Origin: Candidatus Chisholmbacteria bacterium
GTDB lineage: Bacteria > Patescibacteriota > Microgenomatia > UBA1400 > Chisholmbacteraceae
DNA length: 64,000 nt
NCBI GenBank assembly: GCA_963704905.1
Contig: CAVPHZ010000001.1
Location: 707,438 to 771,437 of the forward strand
Direction: 5' to 3'
The notes below the pieces were generated by a model. It had not been told where the DNA came from and did no database searches. It saw only the letters and a list, made by a program, of their open reading frames with translations. Position 1 is the stretch's first letter; every line of letters begins with the position of its first letter. Both the position numbers and the translations under genes were made by a program. Shown piece by piece: positions 9,732 to 19,082 of the stretch.

Positions 9732-10277
9732 GTGCCAGGAAGAACCTGGGAAGGAGAAAATGAAGTGTTTAACAATTTTGAAGTGCAGCTTATCCTGGGA
9801 GCCTTAGCAATTTCTGCGGTTTCCGTCGTCTTTTCAGCAATGTTTGCCAAAACGACTAAGAGTTACTTTTGGCTAAGAGTTGCTACCGGATTTGTTGGAT
9901 CGTGGGCATCGATAATCGGGGTGAGAACGGCAATTGCTTACTTCAATGTCGATTTGCCTGGGTTTTTACAGTATCTTCCGCTGCCGGTGACTTTTTTTGT
10001 GTGGTTCGCGTTTCTGATTCTGGTCGGTGTGGTTTTTGAAGATGAGGATGAGGAAGAAGAGGCTATTGAGTTTGATTCTAACCGGGAATTTGGTTGCAAT
10101 CGTCAATGTTATCTTTCTGCGATGTGCTTCTATGCGGCAACCACGCGGTACATTTCTTATCAACAGCCACAGCCGATGAGCTACGAGACAGTCAATGGAA
10201 CGGTCATTGAGCATTCCGGCATCGAGTCATGGGGACGGCGTTTCACACACGCTTTCAAATTGACGAGTTTAGGATGA
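9732..10277 (+). CDS. hypothetical membrane protein (start uncertain)
   Basis: ORF-track frame with TM segments and an acidic DEDEEEE stretch. It lies in a GC-elevated region full of short broken ORFs; a perfect SD plus ATG at 9760 is in another frame. Confidence 0.3.
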   Translation: MPGRTWEGENEVFNNFEVQLILGALAISAVSVVFSAMFAKTTKSYFWLRVATGFVGSWASIIGVRTAIAYFNVDLPGFLQYLPLPVTFFVWFAFLILVGVVFEDEDEEEEAIEFDSNREFGCNRQCYLSAMCFYAATTRYISYQQPQPMSYETVNGTVIEHSGIESWGRRFTHAFKLTSLG

Positions 10278-11095
10278 TTCCATGGCTTGCCTTCCTGCCA
10301 ATTGCCGATATGGATTCGAGCGTGCAGCTTCGGATCGGGTTACCGCAGGATGGAAACGGCAGTGTTCTATTGCAACCGGCTATTGGCGTGTACGTTGAGG
10401 AAGGAGTGGAAAATTACCACAAGTGCTGCTGGTATTGACATCTATGCTGGTACGAGGCTCGAGCTGAAACCGAACAGATTTATGGACTCGGTCAACGAGT
10501 GTGACCCGAGACGTCACCCGGGGTGCAGATGGACAGGTGAATGATTGGGGTTTTGCTGTCGGTTATGCTCCTCAGGAACTTGCTTTTCGTGAAGAGAGTC
10601 GGAGAATCCGGACTGCTAACGTCAGGGCTGGATGGAGCAAGCAGTTGTAACCCGATACAATCCTAGGAACAACACAGTGAACGTGCAGTTTCAGGATGAC
10701 GGAGCAGAGCTCCAAGGCTGGTCAGCTGGATGGTTTACAGCGAATCGCCGAGCTGTTCGGTGTCAATCGAAGTCTGTAGGGCGCGATCTTGCCTTTGTCT
10801 ACATCGAGGCACGGAGTTGAGGGAGCATGAAGCAATTGGAGGAAGTAAGGTAATGGTCTGACCACAAGCTGGTCGGGGTCACAGATGACCTATGATGTCA
10901 GCTTTGAGGTTGGATTCACAGAGATTCGAGTGAAGCTCCAGGACGGTGGGTACTGCGAAGGCGGTATCTACTTCAACGATTCAGGAGGTTACTATCCAGA
11001 ATATCAGCCATAAATACCGAATAATTAAGCCGATCTGTAGCTCGTCTCAAGACGAGTGAGTATCCAGTCACTGACTGGAAATCCAATAAAGGATA

Positions 11096-11461
11096 GTGAG
11101 ATACTATGAACGCGTCAGTAGTTGTACCAATGTTGTTTGGTCTGTTGGGACCATTTATGGGAGCTTGCATTATCGGCTCTCAGGACTTCGAGAAGAGAGT
11201 CCCAGTCCGATAAAGATTGGTATTTGCCTTATACTGGTGCTGGCATCGATTTTGGCGATCCAATTCAGCTACGCACTCGGTGAGGGTCAGATGACCTTCA
11301 TTTATGTGAGTGCGTATCTAACGCCGTTGATCGTGATTGCAACCGCGGTAGTCGAAGGTAAGAAGTTTCGCGACTTTGCCACTGCGGTGGTGATCTTCGG
11401 TTTGATCGTAGCCGCATCAATCCTATTTCTCCCCGGATTCCGATTGTTGGTTTTTGGGTAG
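11096..11461 (+). CDS. hypothetical small membrane protein
   Basis: 121-aa ORF with 3 hydrophobic segments. The start is ambiguous and support is weak. Confidence 0.3.
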   Translation: MRYYERVSSCTNVVWSVGTIYGSLHYRLSGLREESPSPIKIGICLILVLASILAIQFSYALGEGQMTFIYVSAYLTPLIVIATAVVEGKKFRDFATAVVIFGLIVAASILFLPGFRLLVFG

Positions 11462-11487
11462 GAAAAGAGGCCCAGCATGGCTCCGAG

Positions 11488-11715
11488 GTGGAGAAATCTA
11501 CCAGGGGGTCGGAGCCTCCAGAAAAAAAGGATGAAAAAGAAATGAAAATTCAAGATGTGATCAAGACTTTTCCTAGGTTGTTCCTCGGAGTGGCAATTGG
11601 AATTGCGGTTCAAACTGCCTCTAATTGGCCTCAGTCGACAGCGGTAGCTGTGGTTGTTACCTGTTTGCTCGTGGCAGTTACAGTCGGACATTATGTCCAT
11701 TACAACTTAGAGTAA
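11488..11715 (+). CDS. hypothetical small membrane protein
   Basis: 75 aa with an ATG start, a KE-rich N-terminus and two TM segments. Confidence 0.3.
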   Translation: MEKSTRGSEPPEKKDEKEMKIQDVIKTFPRLFLGVAIGIAVQTASNWPQSTAVAVVVTCLLVAVTVGHYVHYNLE

Positions 11716-12424
11716 GAAAACTCAATAGCCAGCTTTGGGCATACAATACAAGGCAAACTAAAGCTGCGAAAGCAGTGAGATAGAGTGCACAATGCACTCT
11801 CGGGAAGGTTCTCAGCAGCGAGAACGATAGACTTTCCAAAAAGATTTACTAAAAGACGCTGTCTCGTATGGGATGGTGAATGTTCGGAGAATTGGAGGAG
11901 ATGCATTACGCGCATCGGAGTTAGCCTCGGCTATCTTACCCTCCTTTCTTCACAACATTCATTTATCTCTACAGCGTCTTTTTTTTTGGCCAAAATGTGG
12001 TTGATACTTTTCTTTGCTTCTCCAAAGAAAGTATCCAAAGAAATGAAACCCCAGTGACAGTTCTGTCAGGAGCATGTTTCGCTCAATTTATACGATCTAA
12101 CTCCTCGGGATAAACCCTCGACGGACAGTCGATCGTTTCTAGTTGTTTTCGCTCAACATTCTCTTGAATAGCTCCTGTCAAAGGGGATTTGATTGAAATA
12201 GTACTTTAATTCTTTAGCACTATAGTGCTTTTATATTTTTGGTTTGTACTATTTTTGATCTATTCTGCATTCTTTATTTAAATATTCTCTGATTTCTTGA
12301 GAAAATGGGGACGGGGTGTGTGCAATATTTTCTTTATCCAGAGATATAGATAATTCCTATTACGTTCTATTTATATGTATATGTGATATTTCAGTGTTCC
12401 AGGCACATGTGACTTTAATCTCAT

Positions 12425-12453
12425 TTGCTGAGAAGGAAAAAACTTGTTATACT
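12425..12453 (+). promoter_or_regulatory. putative rpsA promoter (TTGCTG-17-TATACT)
   Basis: -35 at 12425-12430 and -10 at 12448-12453 within an AT-rich region, about 200 nt upstream of the S1 start. Confidence 0.35.
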
Positions 12454-12652
12454 ACTCACCATTCTATAGAAAGGTTGGTAAAGAAACTGTTTCAATATCT
12501 TCTTCCTACTACAACACTGCACTTGTCAGCTGTAAAGGATTCATCTCTCCATCGAAGTAGTCTTCAAATACTCCTTCGTCGAGATTTGTCCTTTTCGCAT
12601 GAAACTTCAGTGTTTCGTAACGAAACAAGATCTTGAACCCGTTTCACGATTT

Positions 12653-14068
12653 ATGCCAAAAAAGGCTACACGCAAAACAGCTCCTAAAAAGGTTTCGAAA
12701 AAACCTGCAAAGAAAAAAGTCACCAAAAAGACTTCGGCAAAGAAGAAATCGACACCACGAAAGTCCGTGGTGAAGAAAGTCCGTTCGACAGCTTCAAAAC
12801 GTTCGACACGCTATAAAACCTCAGTGCAGAAAGCTTCAGTGAAGGCAAGCTCAAAGAAAGAGCCTGATACCGCTGTTCCTGATGTTCCTGAGGAGAAAGT
12901 GACCAAGAGAATAGAAACTTCTAAAGGGGTCGAGCTTCGTGAAGCAGTTGCACTGGGCAAAAAGGGTAAAGAACCAAGCACCATGGAAGAGCTACTCAAT
13001 AAGACCGGTTACAAGCTCTGGGGTGTGAAGCGGGGAGAGTTGGTTGAAGGTCAGATCACTGATATTTCCAAACGGATGGCACTGATTGATATTGGGGCTA
13101 AGACTGAAGGATTGGTGGTCGATAAGGAATATGAGGCGGCGAAAGAGTTTATTCAAGAACTGGCGGTTGGAGATACCATCACCGTTTATGTATTGAGCCC
13201 GGAAAATGACCGGGGACAGATTCTCCTTTCACTCAAGAAAGCAGCAACCGATCGTACTTGGGATAAGTTCCATGAAGCACTCAAGACTAGCGAGATTGTT
13301 ACCGTGCGCGGCCTTGATGTGAATCGTGGCGGTGTGATTGTACGAGCGGATAGCTTACAAGGTTTTGTACCTTCTAGCCAATTTGGAAAGCAGTGGCTGG
13401 GGAAGATGGACGAGCTTGTGGAGCGGACGTTTCAAGTAAGGGTGATTGAAGTTGACAGAGAGAAGAACCGGCTTATCTTTTCCGAGAAACAGGTATCAGA
13501 AGCTGATGAGATCAAACAGCGGTCTGAAGCGCTGAAGAAGATCAAGGTGAACGAAGAGTATGCAGGCGTAGTTTCAGGGATCATGCCGTTTGGAGTGTTT
13601 GTTAGTGTGGATGTGCCCTTTTCTAAAGATGAAAAGTCAGCCAAAGTGGTTGGCAAAGTCGAAGGGTTGGTCCATATCAGCGAGATAAGTTGGGAGAAGG
13701 TTGATGATCCAAATAAGCACTTTCGGGTTGGGGAGAAGCTCAATGTACGAATCTTGGGTATTGATCAAAAATCAGGGAAATTAAATCTTTCAGTGAAGCG
13801 GCTTTCTGACGACCCATGGTCAAAACTTGAGAAGAAGTATCCTCCCGGAAAGAAAGTGAAGGGCAGTGTGTCACGCGTGGCTCCATTTGGTGCGTTTGTT
13901 ACACTAGAACCTGGGGTTGAGGGACTGCTCCATATTTCAAAAATTCCGGCTGGTGAAGAACCGGAGGTTGACTCGAAGATAGAGGTGTATGTTGAGCAGG
14001 TTGACCTTGATAATCGAAGGATGAGCTTGGGAATGGTATTGACAGAGGTTCCGGTTGCATACAAGTAA
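12653..14068 (+). CDS. rpsA: 30S ribosomal protein S1 (4-6 S1 domains) with lysine-rich N-terminal extension
   Basis: Repeated S1 OB-fold motifs (GELVEGQITDI..., GDTITVYVL..., YAGVVSGIMPFGVFVSV...GLVHISEISWEKV, GKKVKGSVSRVAPFGAFVTL...GLLHISKI). The N-terminal 80 aa are K/A/P/S/T-rich (MPKKATRKTAPKKVSKKPAKKKVTKK...). No SD, as is usual for rpsA. Confidence 0.85.
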   Translation: MPKKATRKTAPKKVSKKPAKKKVTKKTSAKKKSTPRKSVVKKVRSTASKRSTRYKTSVQKASVKASSKKEPDTAVPDVPEEKVTKRIETSKGVELREAVALGKKGKEPSTMEELLNKTGYKLWGVKRGELVEGQITDISKRMALIDIGAKTEGLVVDKEYEAAKEFIQELAVGDTITVYVLSPENDRGQILLSLKKAATDRTWDKFHEALKTSEIVTVRGLDVNRGGVIVRADSLQGFVPSSQFGKQWLGKMDELVERTFQVRVIEVDREKNRLIFSEKQVSEADEIKQRSEALKKIKVNEEYAGVVSGIMPFGVFVSVDVPFSKDEKSAKVVGKVEGLVHISEISWEKVDDPNKHFRVGEKLNVRILGIDQKSGKLNLSVKRLSDDPWSKLEKKYPPGKKVKGSVSRVAPFGAFVTLEPGVEGLLHISKIPAGEEPEVDSKIEVYVEQVDLDNRRMSLGMVLTEVPVAYK

Positions 14069-14121
14069 ACATCGATTACAGATTGCAGAATAGAGAAGTT
14101 ATATTATAAAAGGAGACACGT

Positions 14122-14280
14122 ATGGGAAAAAAACGGTTTGTCGTGTATGATGATCAAATATTGATTGACATGGATTTGCTGTTTCATGCAATCCGAGAGG
14201 CAAACGGAGATTGGAAATCCGTGGAAAAAGAACTGCGGGAATTTATCGAATCGATGCAGTCAATGGGAGGGGAAGAATAG
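14122..14280 (+). CDS. small hypothetical protein (52 aa)
   Basis: AAAGGAG RBS 7 nt upstream of ATG. Product MGKKRFVVYDDQILIDMDLLFHAIREANGDWKSVEKELREFIESMQSMGGEE; below the 60-aa track cutoff. Confidence 0.4.
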   Translation: MGKKRFVVYDDQILIDMDLLFHAIREANGDWKSVEKELREFIESMQSMGGEE

Positions 14281-14444
14281 GAAAGAATAGGAAATTGAGA
14301 TTCCGCAACCTAAATTTACTTGGCTTCAAAGGATTCGAATTGAAAATATCCTCCCAAATGACAAGCTCACCAGGCAATAGCCTGGTTCTAGAATCCAGCG
14401 GAAATTTGTCGCGTAATCTCTTTTATTTGAAGAAGGAAAAAAAT

Positions 14445-15317
14445 ATGGCGTTTGATGCGCAGGCAGTAGCTCAAAAACTCAGAGATTTTAAGGTTAAGAA
14501 TGTCCGTCTTGACGAGGCGTTTGATTTCAAAACGAAACGAATCAAGGCGCTTGACGTGATGACTCCAGTTGCTGGGAAGCAATTATTTTTGGCCTGCACT
14601 GATGAGCGGCCGATTGAAAAGATCATCAGTCCAAATAATAATGAGGAGATTGATCCGGCTCAATATGTATTGGTTCACGCAGCCGGGGCTGCGTTTGGAT
14701 TGGTTGATGCCATACGGAATGTACGGGTTACCATCCAGCGGCAGGAGATTTTAAATGCGCTGATTGAAAATGAAGTGATTATTGCCAATCATACGGACAC
14801 TCATGCTCCACTTGGTACTCTCACTGGTTGTGGATATGGCGCATTGCGATCCCTTACGGAAAGCGGAAGTATCTTTGATCGGCCTCCAGTTGAATTGCAC
14901 GATCGCTGTGCTTCGTTTGAAGAGATGGGAGCTTGGAGAGTGGTGCTTTCCGGTGACCATACAGCCGAAGGGTTAGTTGTGAATCCATATAAAGATAAGG
15001 CACTTGATCCGAATGCACCGGAAGCGACGAATTCTTTTTTCTCATTAGACTTAGGTATTTATAAAGGGATCTTGCACTGGATTGAAGGAGCGCTTGGATT
15101 CGGTGAAGAGGCAATGCGGACCATGCTGGTAAAAATGGCACGTGATACGCTGGCAGCGGTGTTTATTCTCTCCAATGCTGAGATTGTTGAAGCGATCTAC
15201 GTTGAGCATGCAGATGAGCAAGATCAATTTTATGCAGGTGTTTTGCATGAAGGATTGGGAGAACTGAAGGAACGAGAAGGGGCAGTTATGCATGTGCTTG
15301 AGCAGAGGATGAAGTAG
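14445..15317 (+). CDS. hypothetical protein with beta-carbonic-anhydrase-like CxDxR / HTD-x10-CG motifs
   Basis: The likely start MAFDAQ follows GAAGGAAAAAAAT; the track ORF starts upstream at 14211. Motifs LACTDERP ... VIIANHTDTHAPLGTLTGCGYG. Paralogous to the next gene. Confidence 0.55.
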   Translation: MAFDAQAVAQKLRDFKVKNVRLDEAFDFKTKRIKALDVMTPVAGKQLFLACTDERPIEKIISPNNNEEIDPAQYVLVHAAGAAFGLVDAIRNVRVTIQRQEILNALIENEVIIANHTDTHAPLGTLTGCGYGALRSLTESGSIFDRPPVELHDRCASFEEMGAWRVVLSGDHTAEGLVVNPYKDKALDPNAPEATNSFFSLDLGIYKGILHWIEGALGFGEEAMRTMLVKMARDTLAAVFILSNAEIVEAIYVEHADEQDQFYAGVLHEGLGELKEREGAVMHVLEQRMK

Positions 15318-15395
15318 ACTGCTTATTGATATTAGGCAGCTTTTTTGGTATATTTGACATCACTCTCCAGAGGGAGAGTTTTTTATTTGCTTATT

Positions 15396-16916
15396 ATGTC
15401 ACCAGAACATCCAGATTTACTTGGCAATCCAAATAAACTTGAAGCTGAGGTTTTCGCTGCCCAAACTCAATGGTTACGAGAGATGTACAGCGGAAGACCA
15501 CGGCAAAAAATTGAACGAGGACTCGATGTTGCTGAAACAATCGTGTTTGATGAGTCCTATCGAGTTGCCGCATATCTCGAGTCTGATCAGTATAAAAAAC
15601 AAAGAAAGAGACTTGAACAATTCCTAGCTGAGAATGTCCGGGTTGCGGAGATTATCTGTATTGATGGGAGACTTGTTCCGTGGACGAGAATGTTGGCACG
15701 AGTGACCAGTGCATTTTCAACACCAGCAGGGATATTGGATGGAAAACAAAAATATGATGGAGAAGTGCTTCCAGGTAGCGAGACACTTAACCGAAGCATT
15801 CGAAATTCTACAAATGCTGGTGATCATGTTATAGAGTTTGCTGGTGTCCATACTTCACTGCACCATAACCGCGATGTCGAGCACCCTAAAGGTTGTGGAA
15901 AGCTCAATGCTGACTTGCGGAGCGGTCCACTTGAAATTCATCCGTCACAATTCCGAGATGGGGCTGTTGCCTTTGATCTTGCTAGAGGTGAGCGGATTAG
16001 TACCTATGACATGCTCGATAATGCAGGAGCAATTGTTATTCCTCGAATTATTGATACCGATTCACAGGGCCTGATTTATATTGGTGATTCTGTGATGGAC
16101 GATATTACTGAGCCAGGAATTAATTATTACGAAACCGAGAGTGTTAGTTTGGGCGGTATTGTGGTTCGTCATAATCAAAGACGTGTGTTTTCAACAAAAC
16201 TTATTCTAACCAATGAACCTGAACTTCCTGATTATTTAAGACAATCAGAGTACAAGTCAGGGAGTGTTAAACTAGATTTTGTTGAAGACCTTCCAAAAAC
16301 GATTGAGCGGATCGTAGATCTCACTGAACATCTGATGCAAACTGAATTTACTGAAGACTGGACTGATAGATTCCGATCAATGTACGATGAGAGAAATTTA
16401 CCCGAGGAGGTCATTCAAGCACTTGTAGTTTATGCTGCTTACAATGTTTCAACTCTATGGTTGTCTGGTTATCATGATGATGAAAAAGTCCCTCATCGCT
16501 TCTCAAATCACGGAGAGCGGTTTGCCGCTGCTGGGGATAAGACACCTGCAGATTTTTGGATTGAGCACTCGCCATTTATCGTTTCTGGTTCGGAAACAGA
16601 GGAGGTTGTAGAAGAGAATCTTGATGTAGCCTTTTCACTCTTGCCAGGTATTTTAGAAAAAACACACGGCGTGGACTTGGATGAAGAAGCAATGCTGCTT
16701 ATTGTAGCAGGCTCGTTAGATCCTGATTCTGATCCTGAAACCCAGAGGAGAGCTGAGGTTTCTTTAGCTGAGCGTTATTTTCAAAAAGTGCAGCATTTGG
16801 AAAAGACTGGACGGTTACGCTCGGGTGAAATCGTTGCATTGCCAGTACTCGTTCATCAAAAAACTAGAAAGCCGATTCGCATTCCAGATTTTTCTGATCA
16901 CTATGCAGCTCGGTAA
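15396..16916 (+). CDS. hypothetical protein, paralog of 14445..15317 (CIDGR / HTS-x12-CG)
   Basis: 507 aa from MSPEHPD. Motifs EIICIDGRLVPW ... VIEFAGVHTSLHHNRDVEHPKGCGKL. Long C-terminal extension without recognisable domains. Confidence 0.55.
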   Translation: MSPEHPDLLGNPNKLEAEVFAAQTQWLREMYSGRPRQKIERGLDVAETIVFDESYRVAAYLESDQYKKQRKRLEQFLAENVRVAEIICIDGRLVPWTRMLARVTSAFSTPAGILDGKQKYDGEVLPGSETLNRSIRNSTNAGDHVIEFAGVHTSLHHNRDVEHPKGCGKLNADLRSGPLEIHPSQFRDGAVAFDLARGERISTYDMLDNAGAIVIPRIIDTDSQGLIYIGDSVMDDITEPGINYYETESVSLGGIVVRHNQRRVFSTKLILTNEPELPDYLRQSEYKSGSVKLDFVEDLPKTIERIVDLTEHLMQTEFTEDWTDRFRSMYDERNLPEEVIQALVVYAAYNVSTLWLSGYHDDEKVPHRFSNHGERFAAAGDKTPADFWIEHSPFIVSGSETEEVVEENLDVAFSLLPGILEKTHGVDLDEEAMLLIVAGSLDPDSDPETQRRAEVSLAERYFQKVQHLEKTGRLRSGEIVALPVLVHQKTRKPIRIPDFSDHYAAR

Positions 16917-17028
16917 CTTTTCAGATCCTACATCATCATTGATTCCAGCGATACTTTAGATACATAACCTCAAGTGAGTGTGAAATTTTGGTTGATAATT
17001 CGACAGGAGGGCTATACTACGGACTGTT

Positions 17029-17709
17029 ATGAGTCTGGCAGAGTTTGTCGGTAAGCAGAAATCGAATGGTCCAGAGTTACCAAGGGCTCTAGTTGTGTTT
17101 GGAACTGGGCCTCACAACGATTATTCAGATTGGCTTGGCAGACCATTCGAAGGTTTCTGGAAAAAGGAAGTAGAAGAACGTCAGTCGATTGCTTCTGATG
17201 TACTATCCAAGTTTCCGCATGCTGCATTGATTGCCGTTGGTGGAGAAACATGGGTAGACAGTTCGTTAGGTGTCGTGAGTGAAGCAGGGTACATGATTCA
17301 TGGACTGACACAAGACGGTTCAGTGCTTGAAGAGACAGATCTATTTCTCGCTGAGAGCGGTGTTGAGACTGTCGAACAGGTTGATGAAATTCTAGAAATT
17401 CTTCGTCGAGAAAACCTTACTCATGGAGCTATCGGTGTGGTTACCTCTTGGCATCAGATGCTACGGACTGCTGTTTTGTTTAAAACCTGGGAAGGGATTC
17501 AGATTGAGCCTCATGTTGCCGGTGAAATTCAGTTCAATCGCAGAGTCATTGAAGAAGGCATCAACGGTTTTGGTGGTTTAAGCTATACAGTATTGATGTT
17601 GGGTCTGCAAAACTTCGGACTATGGGAAGATGGTGGTCCATATCTTTTGAGCTGTCGTTCAAGAAGACGTGCGAACAATCAGCGGATTCGAGACAGTTTC
17701 CAATGGTGA
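17029..17709 (+). CDS. DUF218 (YdcF/SanA-like) domain protein
   Basis: 226 aa with a VVTSWHQMLRTAVLFK motif resembling the TSxxHMxRA signature of DUF218. Confidence 0.5.
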   Translation: MSLAEFVGKQKSNGPELPRALVVFGTGPHNDYSDWLGRPFEGFWKKEVEERQSIASDVLSKFPHAALIAVGGETWVDSSLGVVSEAGYMIHGLTQDGSVLEETDLFLAESGVETVEQVDEILEILRRENLTHGAIGVVTSWHQMLRTAVLFKTWEGIQIEPHVAGEIQFNRRVIEEGINGFGGLSYTVLMLGLQNFGLWEDGGPYLLSCRSRRRANNQRIRDSFQW

Positions 17710-17747
17710 ACTTTTCTAGGATTTAGCGTGGTATACTGCTAGCCGTT

Positions 17748-19082
17748 ATGGCTAAGCAGTCTTCTCTCTACGTTTGTCAGCAGTGCGGAGTGAGTTTTCC
17801 AAAGTGGTCGGGACAGTGCGATAATTGCGGTGAGTGGAATAGCCTGGTTGAGACTGCGGTTTCAACGGGTACGAAGAAAAGCGGATTACGAAGCAAAGCA
17901 GCAGCAATGACGCCTGTAAAGCTTTCGGAAGTTGTGGGGGCTGATCATTCCAGAATCAAAATTGGTATCAGTGAGTTTGATCGAGTGCTAGGCGGCGGTA
18001 TTGTTCCCGGGAGTGTGGTATTAATTGCCGGAGAACCCGGTATCGGAAAATCAACTTTACTAACCCAACTCGCCATTCGAATTGCCCGAAATAATCTGAC
18101 TGTACTGTATGTTTCTGGTGAAGAAAGCCCAAGTCAAATCAAACTGCGGGTGGATCGGTTGCAACAATCAACATCTCACAAACAAGAAGTCGCTCTGTCA
18201 TTTCTTCCTGATACCAATGTCGATGCGATAAACGCTACGATTGAAAAGACGCGACCTGGACTGGTGATTATAGACAGTATCCAGACATTGCGTACAGATG
18301 ACCTGCGATCATCAACCGGTAGCGTGTCGCAAACCAGAGAGTGTACCTCGCGACTCATAGAGGTGGCAAAGAAATTATCCCTTCCGATCTTTTTAGTCGG
18401 ACATGTAACCAAAGAAGGTGCAATTGCCGGACCCAAAGTACTGGAGCATATGGTGGATGCTGTTTTAGAGCTGTCCGGCGATCGTCAACACGAGTACCGT
18501 TTGTTGCGAAGCAGTAAAAACCGATTTGGTGCGAATGATGAAGTGGGGATTTTTTCCATGGATGATACCGGGATGGTTGAGGTCTCTAACCCATCCGACC
18601 GTTTTTTGGAAGAACGGCAAAAAGGTGTTCCCGGCAGTGTAATAGTTTCTGTATTAGAAGGTACACGACCGATGTTGGTAGAAATCCAGTCACTGGTGGT
18701 TTCCAGCAGCTTGGCAGTTCCTCGCCGCGTTGCCAGCGGTGTGGATCAACGACGGGTACAGCTACTGACGGCTGTGCTAACCAAACGGTGCAGTTTGCGT
18801 TTATCTGACAAAGACGTGTATGTGAATGTTGCTGGCGGACTTTCGATCCGTGAGCCGGCTATTGACTTTGGCATTGCAATGGCCATTGCATCCAGTGCTT
18901 TAGATACGCCGTTACCAGTGGGTTCGGTTGTCATAGGAGAAGTTGGGCTACTGGGTGAAGTACGTAATGTATCACGCCTGAAAAAACGCATTGCAGAGGC
19001 AAAAATACAAGGATTCAAGAAATTAGTTTCACCTGAGGGATTTCCGACGCTAACGAAGGCTATCCGTATCTTGCTCAAATAA
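17748..19082 (+). CDS. radA: DNA repair protein RadA/Sms
   Basis: N-terminal C4 zinc finger (CQQCGVSFPKWSGQCDNCGEWNS), Walker A GEPGIGKSTLL, the RadA-specific KNRFG motif, and a Lon-protease-like C-terminal domain. Confidence 0.9.
   Translation: MAKQSSLYVCQQCGVSFPKWSGQCDNCGEWNSLVETAVSTGTKKSGLRSKAAAMTPVKLSEVVGADHSRIKIGISEFDRVLGGGIVPGSVVLIAGEPGIGKSTLLTQLAIRIARNNLTVLYVSGEESPSQIKLRVDRLQQSTSHKQEVALSFLPDTNVDAINATIEKTRPGLVIIDSIQTLRTDDLRSSTGSVSQTRECTSRLIEVAKKLSLPIFLVGHVTKEGAIAGPKVLEHMVDAVLELSGDRQHEYRLLRSSKNRFGANDEVGIFSMDDTGMVEVSNPSDRFLEERQKGVPGSVIVSVLEGTRPMLVEIQSLVVSSSLAVPRRVASGVDQRRVQLLTAVLTKRCSLRLSDKDVYVNVAGGLSIREPAIDFGIAMAIASSALDTPLPVGSVVIGEVGLLGEVRNVSRLKKRIAEAKIQGFKKLVSPEGFPTLTKAIRILLK

Noticed and set aside
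9700-11700. Prophage or integrative element explaining the GC-shifted debris region
   Set aside because: No integrase, no flanking tRNA/att repeats, and no phage structural motifs were seen. Only decay is evident.
12316-12636. 106-aa ORF upstream of rpsA
   Set aside because: It lies in the AT-rich promoter/leader (about 30% GC), has a low-complexity product, and overlaps the predicted rpsA promoter and 5' UTR.
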